From Octopus vulgaris (lineage: Eukaryota), in the NCBI GenBank assembly GCA_951406725.2, contig OX597828.1:27900001-27964000 (forward strand): DNA of 64,000 nt. The letters are read 5' to 3'. Both the position numbers and the translations under genes were made by a program. Position 1 is the stretch's first letter. Each line of letters starts with the position of its first letter. Shown here piece after piece: positions 51,090-64,000 of the stretch. The notes beneath the pieces are model-generated. The model did not search any database and had not been told where the DNA came from. It saw only the letters and a program-made list of their open reading frames with translations.

Positions 51090-51299
51090 TATAACTCCAG
51101 ACACTGGAGTACAATGCTTTCCTGGATCCTGTCAAACAACCCAACCATTACCAGCAAAGTACATGGACATTAAGGTATGATGGTGGTGATGGTGTTAGTA
51201 GTAACAGTTGCAACAGTAGCAGTGATGATAATGATTGTTTTATATACACACACATACATGCACACCCTCACACACACAAGCACGCACGCACAGAGGATG

Positions 51300-51428
51300 G
51301 ACGTAGGCATGGTGATGTGGTTGAATCCCATTATGCAGTATATTGAACAAGTGTCTTCTACTACAGCTCCAGGCTTTTGCAAGCTTTGTGAGTGGATTTG
51401 GTAGATGGAAACTGAAAGAAGCCTGCTG

Positions 51429-51468
<40 letters not shown>

Positions 51469-51690
51469 TGTGTGTATGTGCGGTTTTGTCCATTTGCCTT
51501 GATATTGCATGATTGTTGTAAATAATGAATGTGATTCATTTCCAGTATTTTGCTAGACATGCCTGGTTATGGGGAAATATTACTGTGCTTGGAAGCAGGG
51601 GTGAGTGTTAGCAACAGGAAGGGCATCCATCTGTAGAAAATCTTCCTTAATAAACTCCATCCAAACAATCAACATTTAATGATGACGATA
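51300..51690 (+). mobile_element. SINE family D
   Basis: A-type head, (TA)n, atggggaaatattac..caggaagggcatcc. Confidence 0.78.
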
Positions 51691-52108
51691 CATACATCAT
51701 CAAGCCTCTTCATCTTGATGGGTGTGGAGGTGGGTGTTCAGGCCAAGGATGGTATAGAAGAGCCAAGGGTATTTATCACCAGGGAGAGTAAGTATATGTA
51801 AAGAAAACTTAAAATGAAACTGGTTGAAGCATAGTAGAAATGGATAAATCTAGCTGTAAATAGTTAAACAAGTCTTTCCTGTTACAAATTCATCAAATAA
51901 TTTTGTTGAACCTCATGCCATAATTACTTTGATGTGAATTAAAAATTAAAACAAATTGGATGTTTTCACTTTGAAAGTTCTTTGTTGACAGATATTTCAA
52001 CTGTTCTATATTTTTGGTCACTAGTCCTTGAATGGTATTCAAGTATATATCACAGACATGTTCCATATTCTTCACCTTATCTGCTTTATATATATGTATA
52101 TATATATG

Positions 52109-52157
<49 letters not shown>

Positions 52158-52164
52158 TTATTTA

Positions 52165-52470
52165 TCATCATTTAATGTCCGTTGTTCATGCTGGCATGGG
52201 TTGGACGGCTTGACCAGGGCTAGCAAGCAGGAAGGCTGCTCCAGACTCCAGTCTGATTTGGCATAATTTCTATGGATGGATGCCCTTCCTAATGCCAACC
52301 ACCCTGAGAGTGTAATGAGGGGTGAAGCACTCATTACATTCTCATCCTGTGTCTTCCTGGGTCTACCTCTACCACAGGTTCCTTCCACAGACATCAGCTC
52401 TTCTTTACACAGCAGTCCTCGTCCATACGCATCACATGACCATGCCAGCACAGTCATCTCTCTTGCTCAC
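52165..52470 (-). mobile_element. Family C 3' part (52165-52318) abutting an RTE ORF2 fragment (52335-52470)
   Basis: The RTE piece reads HVMRMDEDCCVKK..VEGTCGRGRPRKT. Confidence 0.75.
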
Positions 52471-55131
52471 CACATATATGGAAAACGGACTTCAAACGAT
52501 GTACTTCAATATTTCAAATGATCTTGTGAGCTGACAACACCATTTCTCAGAAAACTTTCTGAAAATGTACCACTAATTCTGAAATATAAGAACACAAGGT
52601 AAAAGTACAAACCAGCAACTTGTGTTCTCTCTTATAATTTGCATTGCTTGGTTTTATGAAAAGACATTTAAAAACATAGATGCACATATATATATATATA
52701 TATATATATATACAGTCAAAAATTCTGAAGCATGACTGTCAACACTACTACATGAACCCGAAGATTGCAGAATTCAATGCATGAAAGTACTAGTTCAATC
52801 AGAATGAACATTTAACATTCTACTATTTCATTTTATTTTATTCAATTATAATATATTATCTTATAATATATCATTATAAGATTGTAAATAAAACGTGAAA
52901 ATCAGACAAGGTTGGAATTCTTTTTATTAATATATTCTTCTATACACAATCACTCACACCCATATATATATATATCTATATATATATATATATACTATTT
53001 TATTTTTGTGAAATAGCTTATCTTTCAGTCAGTGACTCAATAATTCATCAAAATAGTTTTAGCTCTTTGCCTCTTGATTAATAATGGCTCTTCTTTGTTT
53101 TCTTCTTCTTTTTTGTTTGAAATTAATTAAATCCCTTTCAAATAATATTGTGGAAAACAGTTTTTCTTTACTTTTACTAAAAGCAACCAATTATTTTGCT
53201 TTATTTTAATTTTATTTTTCATCATATGAATCTTATTATTTTTAGTATTTTCAAGTGAATTTCAACACATTCATATTTTGTTTTATTCCTTATCTATAAA
53301 TTGATGTTATTTAATGAAAATTTGCCAAATATATGAAATGAAATATGTTTGACTTTTACAAAATATTTATTTGGCAAATAAATGATTCATGAATCTGAGC
53401 TAAATGTGCTATACAGACACTGTGTAGAGCACTTAGGGGGAAATATTTTAGAAGCCAGCTGTCGATTATTTCATTTCTTGGACCTTGTATCACACAGATA
53501 TATTATGTTATCTTCTACTTGGGGGACAAAATGGTTTTGTATAAGGAATTCTTTTTAGCTAAAAAGCTGGTCAATTCATCTAGTATAAGGGGAATACTGT
53601 CATTTCTAATTTAAACACAGGAATTTTACAGTTGTTTTAACAGAAATAAAATCAGAATTGACTCCCATTCCCCTGTCTAGCATTTAATGTAAAGAGAATC
53701 TTAAATCTTCTGCAAAAAATATTTTGTGTAATTCTTAGAATATAATACAATTTAACACAACTCACTTGTTTTTTAAAGACTTTGTGTACTTGAGATGAGC
53801 AGCTAATAGTTATAAATGTTAACATATTTGTCATTAAATAAGAATAACTTCCATGTATTAAATCTGGATAAGACTTAAATTGATCATTAAAATTAAAAAT
53901 TATATTCATGTGATTTTGATATGAAGCAAATATAATGAAACAATACAAATATATATACGTTTTAATCTTAAGAAGTAAATATTGAAAGTTTTTTGATTGG
54001 GTGATTTAGTTTGAAAAAATTTTTCGCATAGCATTTATGGACATCATAAAAATTATGAAAAACTTTATTGGCTAAAAAAAAAATGATAATCTACTGCTCA
54101 AAAATATAAGTGATAATGGTATTTATATGTAAATTTTTTTAAAAATTATATATACTTTATTTTCTAGCTTTCCATGTGTAGACATAAAATATTTGTTCTG
54201 ATAAGTAAAACTGTAAACAGTATAAACCTATAAGAAGACAAGGGAAGATGGAGAGATAAATCTAATTTAGTTTTAACATTTAATAGGAGAAAAAAAATTT
54301 CCTCATCTTCTACATTCTAATTTGCCAGTTACTATGGAAAAAAAATTTATTTCAATTTTTACTGAAATAGATTTTGCTTTCATTTGTGCTTCTAACTGGT
54401 GATAATTATTTGTGTTGGATTTTGAAAGGTTTCAAATTTTATACTTAATCATAAGAATTCTCTATCTTTTTCCACTCTTTCTTTTAAATATATAAATAAA
54501 TAGGCAAATGTTTAAACAGTTGGCTTGAGTTTCAATAGGGATTTTCTGAAGCTTTGGCATGTAATTAGCTCTTTCCTGTTATGGTCCGTTCCATTTTGTG
54601 ATCCATAGTTGAAGAATTATTATATCAATGTCATCATTTTCTTTTATACTTCTATCATTACACATTATTACATCTTGTGGCTGCCCTTCCCACCCCACTG
54701 CCTCCTACCCCCACACTTCATGATATCCAAAGTAATCATGCAACTTCAGAAATGTATTTATACATGACAGTGTACATAAACTTCACAGCCAGGACAAATG
54801 TTTTTATTTCGTGTCTATGGAAACCTTTAAAATGTTTCTTAAGTAATCAAAATATGGAAAGATTTGCGTAACCTTGAACTGTTCTCTGTAAGAATTGGAA
54901 AAAAATTTGGAATGATTGAAAATAATATTAGTACAATTCACGATAAATGTCAGGACAAGTGTGTTTGTACATTCAAATCTACACATGGTGCATGTATGGT
55001 TGAGAAATTCTCTTCATAACCATGTGGGTTTGGCTTGCATCTTACTGTGTGGCCCCTTGGACAAGACATTATAGCTTCAGGTTGGTCAATGCTTTATTAG
55101 AGACAAATACTAGTAAAATATCCTGTTAGGT

Positions 55132-55340
55132 AAGGTGACAAGCAGTTGGTAGAATCATCAGCACACCAGACAAAATGGTTCACAGCAGTTATTGTGACTC
55201 TTTACATTTTGAGTTCAAATCTTGCCAAGGTCAGCTTTGCCTTTCATTCATTCGAGGTCAATGAAATAAAGTACCAGTCATGTACTGAGGGTTGATGTAA
55301 GTGACTTGTCCCCTCTCCTCAAAATTTCTTGCCTTAAGCC
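55132..55340 (+). mobile_element. SINE family M-related, old
   Basis: tgagttcaaatcttgccaaggtcagctttgcctttcattcattcgaggtcaatgaaataaagtaccag. Confidence 0.75.
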
Positions 55341-56388
55341 CTGAAATGAGCTGGTGTGTAGTTCAGGAAACAGGGAAGCCAGCCTCATGAGTTTTAGGGT
55401 TAAAAGGAAAAATTGTTTAATCCTATTAGATGAGATACCTTGCAGGTATTATTTCATTGTAGTATTTTGCATTTTGAGTTCAAATACAGTTGTGGCCACC
55501 TTGTATGACCTACTGAAATCTATTGCCTGTTCTGAATGCCACCACCTGGTCTTTGGATGTCTTTAATAGAATCCATTTTGTTGTAAGCATTTGGATCTGG
55601 TTACCTTTTTGCTTCCATTGTGGTTCTCACCTCCTTCATCAGTCCCAGCAAGCTTGAAGGGGTTTATCAGTAGTGCCCTTTTTATTTTGGTCAAGTGATT
55701 TATAAAAAAGTAAAACGTTCAGAGTAGATTTAATTGTCTTAGTCTGCCAAAATAAACTCTCTTGGTGGCGCCACAACAGGCATGTCCTCTGCTTTATCAG
55801 TGGAAGGCAATAAGAAAGAGAATTCATCAAATAAAAAAACATTGCAACCCAAATTTATGAAATATAGTGGAATTGATGATGAGGGCAAAAGTGGATTACA
55901 AAAGCAACCAAAAGAAATAAAATAACAGAATCGGTAAATAATGTGGAAAGTGGTTGTTGTTGTTGTTGTTGTTATTAATGTTATTGTTGTTTTATGTAAT
56001 AATAGTTTATAATGGTTGTCATAAATATTAAAAACTGAGGAATTTACTAGAAATTTACCATTTAAGAATGCCAATATTGAAACCAACATTTCAATGGTGA
56101 TGGTCTGAATTGGTGGAGAAGTGCTTTAGTTGTCGTTATGGTGATTTAACTGAGAAAGATGATGAAATTAAAAGTTGTGAAAAAAAAAAATGATCAAATG
56201 AATATATAAAACTGAAGATTAAGGAATAAATTAATAAATTAAATATCAATAGACCATTTGAATCAAAGAAGATAGAGAGAAAGGAAGATATAAAGATAGA
56301 CATAATAAAACAAGGAAACAAAGAAGAGAGAGAGAGAAAGAGAAAGAGAGGAAGTAGATGAAAATTAAAAGTAAAGAGTTTTCAGAAA

Positions 56389-56431
<43 letters not shown>

Positions 56432-57119
56432 TTTGGAGTAAATAAAAATGTTTGTTTTAATTATTCATTTCATTCTGATTTGTTAATGCAATAGTTTTAT
56501 TTATTCATGATTTCTAACCTTAGTTTTAATTTTCTACTTCCAAACACCTCCACCTTACTTCCCCCCACCCCCACCTTACTTCCCCCCACCCCACCTCCTC
56601 TTGTTTACTCGTGCATTTATCCTGTTGTACTCTCGTGTGATTCTGTTTGTGTTGTTGTGCAATGTATTTGTTGTGGTTGTGTTGTTAGAAGCGTCGTTGT
56701 TGTGCAGTTTTAACAGTTGGTTTTTCCAAGCAAATATGCAGGGTGGACAGGTCTGCAATTTACTATCTTCCTTTACATTTTGATCTGGAGGAATCATCTT
56801 AATTTATGATGCCCAACATCGTAAAGTCTGATCTGAATACATTACCATAGCATTTTCTTCTCCATCATCAGCGTCATCACCGTTTTTATGTCTACATTTC
56901 TGTACTTGCATGGGTTAGACAGTATTTGGTGAGGCAGATTTTCTTCAGCCGCTGAGCCTGATGAGCATTTCACGCTGTCAGAGGTTTTCTTTGGTCAACA
57001 AATGCACAAAGTTGTTTGCGTTTTGAAGTGTAATTTTTTAAGCTCCAATTCTATACAAGCAAAACTACATTCTGTCCATGCCAAATATATCTTCAAAGAA
57101 TTTAGATCTTTTATCGTTT

Positions 57120-57502
57120 GCGTGTTTCACTCATTGGACTGCAGCCATACTGTCTTCAAGGGTTTAGTCAAACAAATCAACTCCAGTATTTGTTTTTTTT
57201 TTTTTCATATTTTGGCAGCTTATTTTATCAGCTGCTTTTGCTGAACTGCTAAGCTATGGGGATGAATACAAACCAACCTCTTGGTTGTCAAATGGTGAAG
57301 AAGGAAAAACACAAGCAATAAGGCACTTGCAAACACACACAAGCAATGGGTTTATTCACAGTTTCCTTCTACTAAATTCATTCACAAAGCATTGGTTGGC
57401 CTGGGGCTTGAGTATAAGACTCTTGCTCAAGGTGGTTTCAGGTTCAGTCCTGAATAACCTGAAACAATGTGGTTACAAAGTGTATATCTTAACCACACAG
57501 CT
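57120..57502 (-). mobile_element. SINE family A, old
   Basis: Degenerate tail and head motifs. Confidence 0.7.
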
Positions 57503-57894
57503 GGTACATTTTATTTCTGTAACTTCTCTTCATTTGAAACAAATGTAATATCCATTCCCTTAGAGTGGTTAAACACAATATTTCCTATCAAGGGAGCAAA
57601 TGCTTTTAAAATAATCTTATCAACTCCTTGAATGGCTAAAGTAATATCAATTTAATATGATGGGCTGAGTATTTCAATAATTAAATCCTGGATGTCCAGC
57701 AGCTTTCATGTCCTTGTTTTATTCGGTTTATCCTAAATGAACTGTCCGTTTAGTTCTTCTGTTGATACCACTGGGATCAGACAGGACTTCCTTCATCACA
57801 ATAATCTTATTCAGCCACTTTTCATGCTGACCCTTCTGTAGCTCCCTTTTTTCTTCTTGTTACTGATGACAATTACATTCACATCAATTTCAAC

Positions 57895-58330
57895 ACTATC
57901 TATCTATTGAGTCAGGTGTCTTTCCAGACCAATGCAACCATTCCATGCCAAATGTCCCAATCTTCCATAACAGTCTTCATATCCTCAACATGTTGTTATC
58001 CAGTGCCTTCCACATGTTGGTCAATATATTCTCTTCTTGGTCTGCTGATACCTTCAATGTCCCTGTCTGGGTTTCCAGAGTAGGAAATCAATGGAAATTT
58101 CATCTTAGTTTCTCCAACAGTGTTCTAGATGACTTATTCTTTTCCTGGTTACTCAGGTGATGGTAGAAAGATTACCAAACAGCCACTACTTTCTAGGGTG
58201 ATGTTTTCAAGATTGAGAACACAGTTTCTCTCTAATGACATCCTTTTTTGCCCCAACTTCAAGACTTTCAGGAATAACGTTGACAACTGGAACGATAGTG
58301 CTGTGCACTCTATGCATATCATCCTCCCTT
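57895..58330 (-). mobile_element. Decayed RTE-X-like LINE 3' end
   Basis: Frameshifted remnants KHHPRK*WLFGNLSTIT..RISHLEHCWR..DFLLWKPRQGH..RPRREYIDQ..EDMKTVMEDWDIWHGMV; GATA-type tail. Confidence 0.7.
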
Positions 58331-59554
58331 CAACTTTCTTCCTCTACTTTTCTAATGAAGTGTGTTGCCCACCACCTTACCCATAATTATACCCCTCCCC
58401 ACTTCCCTTTTTAGCTATTCTTTTCATGTCAGTTCAATATCTTTAATATCCTTTTTCTTCAGCAGTATTTAATATCATTGCATGATCTGAGGATCAACCA
58501 TTCACTGACTTACAATTGTTGTCCTTCTGGAGCGAGCTTGCTATAATGTTATCAAAATATTTTGTTTCCTTATAACCATTTGTTGGTATTTATTAAGATT
58601 GAAGGATTTTTTTTTTTTTTTTAGGTTCCACCCTTTTCTTCAGCTAATTCTCTTTTTTGGACACCCTCACAGTTCTCAACTTATAATCACTCACTGCTAA
58701 GTTATCATCCTTGGTAGTGTGATATTTGAAATGTACCTGAACATCATGGGTATCCCCAGGTTTTTTGAACTGGTACACTTTGTTCTTGAATGTTTAAATA
58801 ACTAGTAAAAATGTTAGTATCCAGAAGAGCATCCAGCTAACTCATGCCACCCTGGAAAGGCAGATGTAAAAGTGAGAATTAATAAAGGCAACTCATTTAG
58901 GATGAGAATATGTGTTTGAGAGTTTGTGTGCATACGTGCACATTGGAGTTCATGCATGCATGCATGTGTGTGTGTGTGTGTGTGTGCATTCAGTTTGAAA
59001 ATTTGCCACTTTAATTTTTGTGCACTTAATGTCCTTCTCCTTACCTCCTGTCATGTCATAGTTTTCGTAAGACTACTTTCTTTCTTATGAATTACTTGTA
59101 TGTGGATGGCATTTGACCATATTACACATGAGCAGTCGGGGCAGTAAGTACAAATTTGTGCCTTGTGCTTATGAGGTCCTTTCTTTTTCATCTGTAAGAA
59201 TTCGCTGTCCTGAATGACCAAGTATTAAATTTAATTAAATTCTTGATAGACAGTATAACTCAAGACGTCATAATTATGATCGTTTGATATTTAGAGAATA
59301 TTTATTCTTTTGTTGCAAGCTACAAAAGATTTATCTAGTTAAAATATACGAAAAATAAACAGATCCCTTCAAGATAACAGAACCAAGCCATTATTGTTGG
59401 TACACCTTTATTACAGTAAAGAAAAATATATAAAAAGATAAAAGAAATAAAAACTGCTCTTGAACTCTGATTCAAAATGGTTTTGCTTATATTTCATAAT
59501 CTCAGATTTGTGACTTTGTTGCCAGTTCTGATCAAGATTTTAAATCACTGAAAT

Positions 59555-59713
59555 TGGTGCTGCTATGGCTGTGCGGTTTAGAAACATGCTTCTCGACCAT
59601 GTGGTCTTGGGTTCAATCTTATCTGGCACCTCAGGGAAATGTGTCTTTTACTATAGCCCTAGGACAAGCAAAGTGGATTTGGTAAAAGGAAACTGAAAAA
59701 AGTCTGTCATATG

Positions 59714-59778
<65 letters not shown>

Positions 59779-60155
59779 GCACAGGAGTGACTGTGTGGTA
59801 GGTAGCTTGCTTACCAACCACATAGCTCTGGGTTCAGTCCCACTGCATGGCACTTTGAGCAAGTGTCATGTCGTCTACTATAGCTTCGGGCTGAGTAAAG
59901 CTTTGTGAGTGGATTTGGTAGATGGAAACCGAAAGAAGCCTATCGTATGTGTGTGTGTGTGTGTGTATTTGTTCCCCCAACATTGCTTAACAACTGATGC
60001 TGGTGTGTTTACATCCCCATAACTTAGCGGTTCAGCAAAAGAGACTGATAGAATAAGTATTAGACTTACAAATAATAAGTCCTGGCGTCAATTTGCTTGG
60101 CTAAAGGTGATGCTTCAGCATGGCCAGTCAAAATGACTGAAACAAATAAAAGAAA
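59555..60155 (+). mobile_element. Old SINE A head plus (TA)n, followed by a complete SINE A (59780-60155)
   Basis: Two successive heads separated by the internal microsatellite. Confidence 0.85.
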
Positions 60156-60469
60156 AATATAAAAGGATATATAAAGTGTGTAGGGATAGACTCATCCAGG
60201 CAGGTACCATAGCTGTTCTCAGATACTGTATGACCAACTGTAAAATTAAAAGAACAATTTCATAATGTACCAGTCTCCGTATTCTATACACCTGTGTGTG
60301 TGTGGGCCTGTCCTTGTTTAGCACATAAGCATTCAAACTTCTCTGTCAAATATAGGTTAATTTCCTCAAATTGTTTTTGACTAATCATACATTTTCTCAT
60401 ATCTTCTAGATTTACTTTTAGAATGATATTGTAGGATAATTGGGAGAGGCTGGACCTGGCCAGTTTAAT

Positions 60470-60720
60470 GCTAAAGGGCTGGACATCATGTGATGATTGC
60501 AAATGTGTATCATCATCATCATCATCATCATACAAGTGAGGTTGTTTGTTTTCAGTCTTCCGTGTGTAAAATATGCCTGGCTGTGGAGAAATAATACCTT
60601 ACTTGGAAACAGGTGAGTGTTGGTAATTGAAAGACCTTCTGTCTGTAGAAGCTCTGCCTCTACAAATTCCACCCGACCATTGCAAGCATGGAAAAATAAA
60701 TGTTAAATAATGGCAATGAC
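60470..60720 (+). mobile_element. SINE family D body and tail
   Basis: accttacttggaaacaggtgagtgttgg..tctgcctctacaaattcc..gcaagcatggaaaa. Confidence 0.7.
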
Positions 60721-60794
60721 CACAATGACAACAAAAACAATGATGACAATCGCAACAACAACAATGATGATGAGCTGACAATATAATTTATGAC

Positions 60795-61033
60795 AAGGCG
60801 GTGATCTGGCAGAAACGTTAGCACGCCGGGCGAAATGCTTAGCCGTATTTCGTCTGCCGCTACGTTCTGAGTTCAAATTCCACCAAGGTCGACTTTGCCT
60901 TTCATCCTTTCGGGGTTGATAAATTAAGTACCTGTTATGCACTGGGGTCGATATAATCGACTTAATCCGTTTGTCTGTCCTTGTTTGTCCCCTCTGTGTT
61001 TAGCCCCTTGTGGGTAGTAAAAGAAAAAAAAAT
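60795..61033 (+). mobile_element. SINE family M, full length, low divergence, 17-bp TSD
   Basis: TSD atataatttatgacaag at 60781-60797 and 61034-61050. Confidence 0.93.
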
Positions 61034-64000
61034 ATATAATTTATGACAAGAAATTGGAAGTAAAGCTTCAGTTTTGAAATAACTGATTGTAGATATTTTT
61101 TTTCACTTAATAGCATGTTGACCAAAAATAGTTTATGGAGAAAAAAATTTCCAGACAATTCCCAATCAGATTTCAAAATAAAGAGCTACAGAAATTCCAG
61201 AAGAAAAACCGAAAATATTCATTTAATGATGGTTCTTTTATATATTATTTTCTTTAATTTATTTTTCTGAATCTACTTCACAGCTTTATTTCCTCTCTAC
61301 CAACATTATATGAGGTCTCAGCATTAATTATTGTTGTTATTTTCTCATTTACCTCTTAAACTGCACCTGTAAAAGCAGAGTCTTTTTTTTTTTTTTTTTA
61401 GTATATAAAAACTATATTGCTCATTTGTCAGTGCTATAGATTATCATGTCTGGTCAAGTAACCACCTTCTGAATTGTGTGATAAAAATAATATAGTTTGC
61501 AAATATGTTAAACATTTATTTAATCTGAGTTGTGTGTTATCTACAAATAACTTTAAGCAGATGCAATGAAATAACATTGGTCAATTTTTCTTCTATATGG
61601 ACAACATTTTTTTGGCTTGAATGTCAATTAGGTGACTTTTTTTCCCCTCAAGTTAAGGATCAACCATTTTTAAGAGCATACATCTCAAAAATGTTTCACT
61701 GTTTTAATATCTGTTGGTTAAATGTTTGCTATCATGAATATCTGATGGTTTAATATCTAAAGTATCCATTTGATGTTTAATGATCTTACTTTTCTGAATA
61801 TCCAAAAATTAATTGCTAAATGTACTGCATACTATAAATATATATTAGTAGTGTCTATTTAATTTACGGCTCCGAATATCAGTTATCATAATCATATTTG
61901 AACACTCCATCAAATCATTGAAGTTAAACTATATTAAAGCTTAGGTCGCTAGGTAAGGAGACTATTTGCAAAGTCCAGGTTTAGTGTCCTTCTCTATCAC
62001 TTGATCTCCACCCACCCACCCCCACTCCCCAAATATTAATATCAACATTGAAAACCTAATGTAATTATCAATTATCACGATCATTTATGATTTCATATCT
62101 GGGTTTCTTTGTTTATATAGACTCAATTTTGCAGCTGCCTCGTTAATTCTTCCCTGAGCCCTAGATTTTTAGTGGAATATCTAACCACTTTACTCTATAG
62201 ACAGGCTACACTGACTAACGACATACCAACTCCATTTATATGTTATGACATTGTATTACTAAAACTATTGCTGTTGTCTCTCTTGTTCATCACCTTGTCT
62301 CTTCTATTACTTTTTCACTCTTACCTTCTCTACACACCCTTGTTTTTACCTTCCCCTATTCTCTCTTTCTCACTCTCTCACACACACACTCACACACAGA
62401 CATTCGCACTATCTATTTATCTCTAGCCCCTTTAATGTTAATGCTGACTCAGCCTGTATCAAAATCCTTGCTACTCCCACATAATGGTTGAATGGTAAAT
62501 GCTTCTTCTATCAATTTGTGCAAGTATCCAGGCTACCAGAACAATCTAACCAAAGTTAGCTTACAAAAATTATTCTTCATAAAATGTATTTTTAAAAATG
62601 CATCAGCCGGATTCCAGCTAAACCCTGATTCAAATTAAAGAGTAACGTATCTAAAACAGAAAAAGATGAGAAAAACTCAACAGCCGAACTCTAATGCTTT
62701 TATAGTCTTAAATAAAACGTACTTTTGCTTGAAATTTAATGAATAAAATATAGCCAACTGTCTAGAAAAGTGGAAATCAGATGAATTATATGCATCAGTA
62801 AGATAGAATCGACACTAATAAGTTATAAACAAGTTTCACATTTATTTGGCTGGAAGAGTTTCTAAGAATAAACATATATCAGATGACAAAGATATGGCTG
62901 AGAGATTTATAGTTATAAGAAAATCTACTTAATAGACTCAAGTTAATAATTGTTATGAATAAAATACATCCTATATTTACTCTAAGTGAATATGAATGTT
63001 TATCCTGCTTTCATCATTCGACTATTTCAAATGGTTAACATATCTTATATTATATATTAAACTTCAAATGTGATTCATTCAAGTAGGCTCAAGATATATA
63101 GAACTTTTAATGTCATATTGCTGACATTTGATCATAAGCTGAGCTTTTCTTATCTTTTCACAAAATGCAACAACATGGCCACTTCACACTTTGTGATGAA
63201 ATACAACAGAAAGGAAAACACACACAAAAAAAAGAAGAAAAATAGGTTGTTTTCTAAATTATCTGTAAAAAGATCTTCAGGAACTATATGAATGGCAAAC
63301 AACAACAAAACTACAATAACCATAATGATAGTGTTTCTTATTCTGCTATGAATACAGAAATCCTTCAAAAATATAGGTTCCCAGCAATAATAGAGGAAAG
63401 AAATTCTTTTTTACATGCAAGAAATAAACAATTGAACAACTGGCGCTACCTCAAAAGCACACAAGATTTTTGTTGGCCTCTTTTCTCATACAAATAATTG
63501 CTTTGTGATATCCATATATTGTGAGAGCATATTTCGCTAACTTTTTTTTCTGTCTGTCAGAATCTGATATGTAGACCAAAGCAATTTCCACATTGTTTAT
63601 TGTTGTTCATCAACGCCAACCTTACAGCTCCCATAACTAATGGGACCTGTTGGTTATATATTAACCTCACCTGAAACTAGGATCACAAACATTATGAAAA
63701 TTACTAGCCTCACAGCAAGTTTCCATTTATATTTTGATTTGTTTATATATTTGGTTAGACGAAATACAAACCAAGTGGAACATGAGGTGTCAGAATAAAT
63801 TAGAATTTCTTTGATACAAATAGTATTTCTTAGTATTTCTTGGATGTATTACCTTAAGATGAAAGTAAGTATCAACAACTTAATGTTATTGTGTAAAGGG
63901 AGTGTTTTTTTTATTTTTTATTGATCTGCTTATTATTACATTTTTTTTTATGCCACATTTCCTTGGGATATTGAACTCAACTGAAAGATATCATTGGCAA

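Noticed and set aside
55120-55135. Additional AG|GTAAG recursive sites (55128, 20079, 61951)
   Set aside because: No adequate pyrimidine tract; two are at or within repeats.
55739-56089. 116-aa minus-strand ORF
   Set aside because: Low-complexity AT-rich sequence, no convincing splice pair or recognisable domain.
56950-56985. Other CTGATGA/CTGAAGA motifs as hammerheads (56958, 57863, 1165 minus, 37400 minus)
   Set aside because: No stem II plus GAAA plus NUH geometry.

Overview
This is AT-rich eukaryotic, repeat-saturated, essentially non-coding DNA. The mix of SINEs, long (TA)n/(CA)n/(ATT)n microsatellites and RTE/CR1 LINE relics strongly suggests an octopus (coleoid cephalopod) genome, probably a giant intron or intergenic tract; this assignment is from recognition, not a search. 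There is no intact protein-coding gene, and almost all ORF-track entries are microsatellite or SINE read-through. The window holds several SINE families (labelled A-E and M here), 3' fragments of RTE and CR1 LINEs, hAT-, piggyBac-, mariner- and Helitron-type non-autonomous elements, and two long fold-back elements. It also has a few small candidate exons on both strands, so host orientation is unresolved, and several repeat-poor islands. Most interesting: a candidate recursive splice site (26660-26780), a degenerate type I hammerhead ribozyme (38060-38113), three insertions apparently copied from nearby DNA, a covarying 3' stem-loop shared by CR1 LINEs and the dominant SINE, and a bipartite RTE 5'+3' element. 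Element boundaries were read by eye and are approximate unless a TSD or splice site is quoted.
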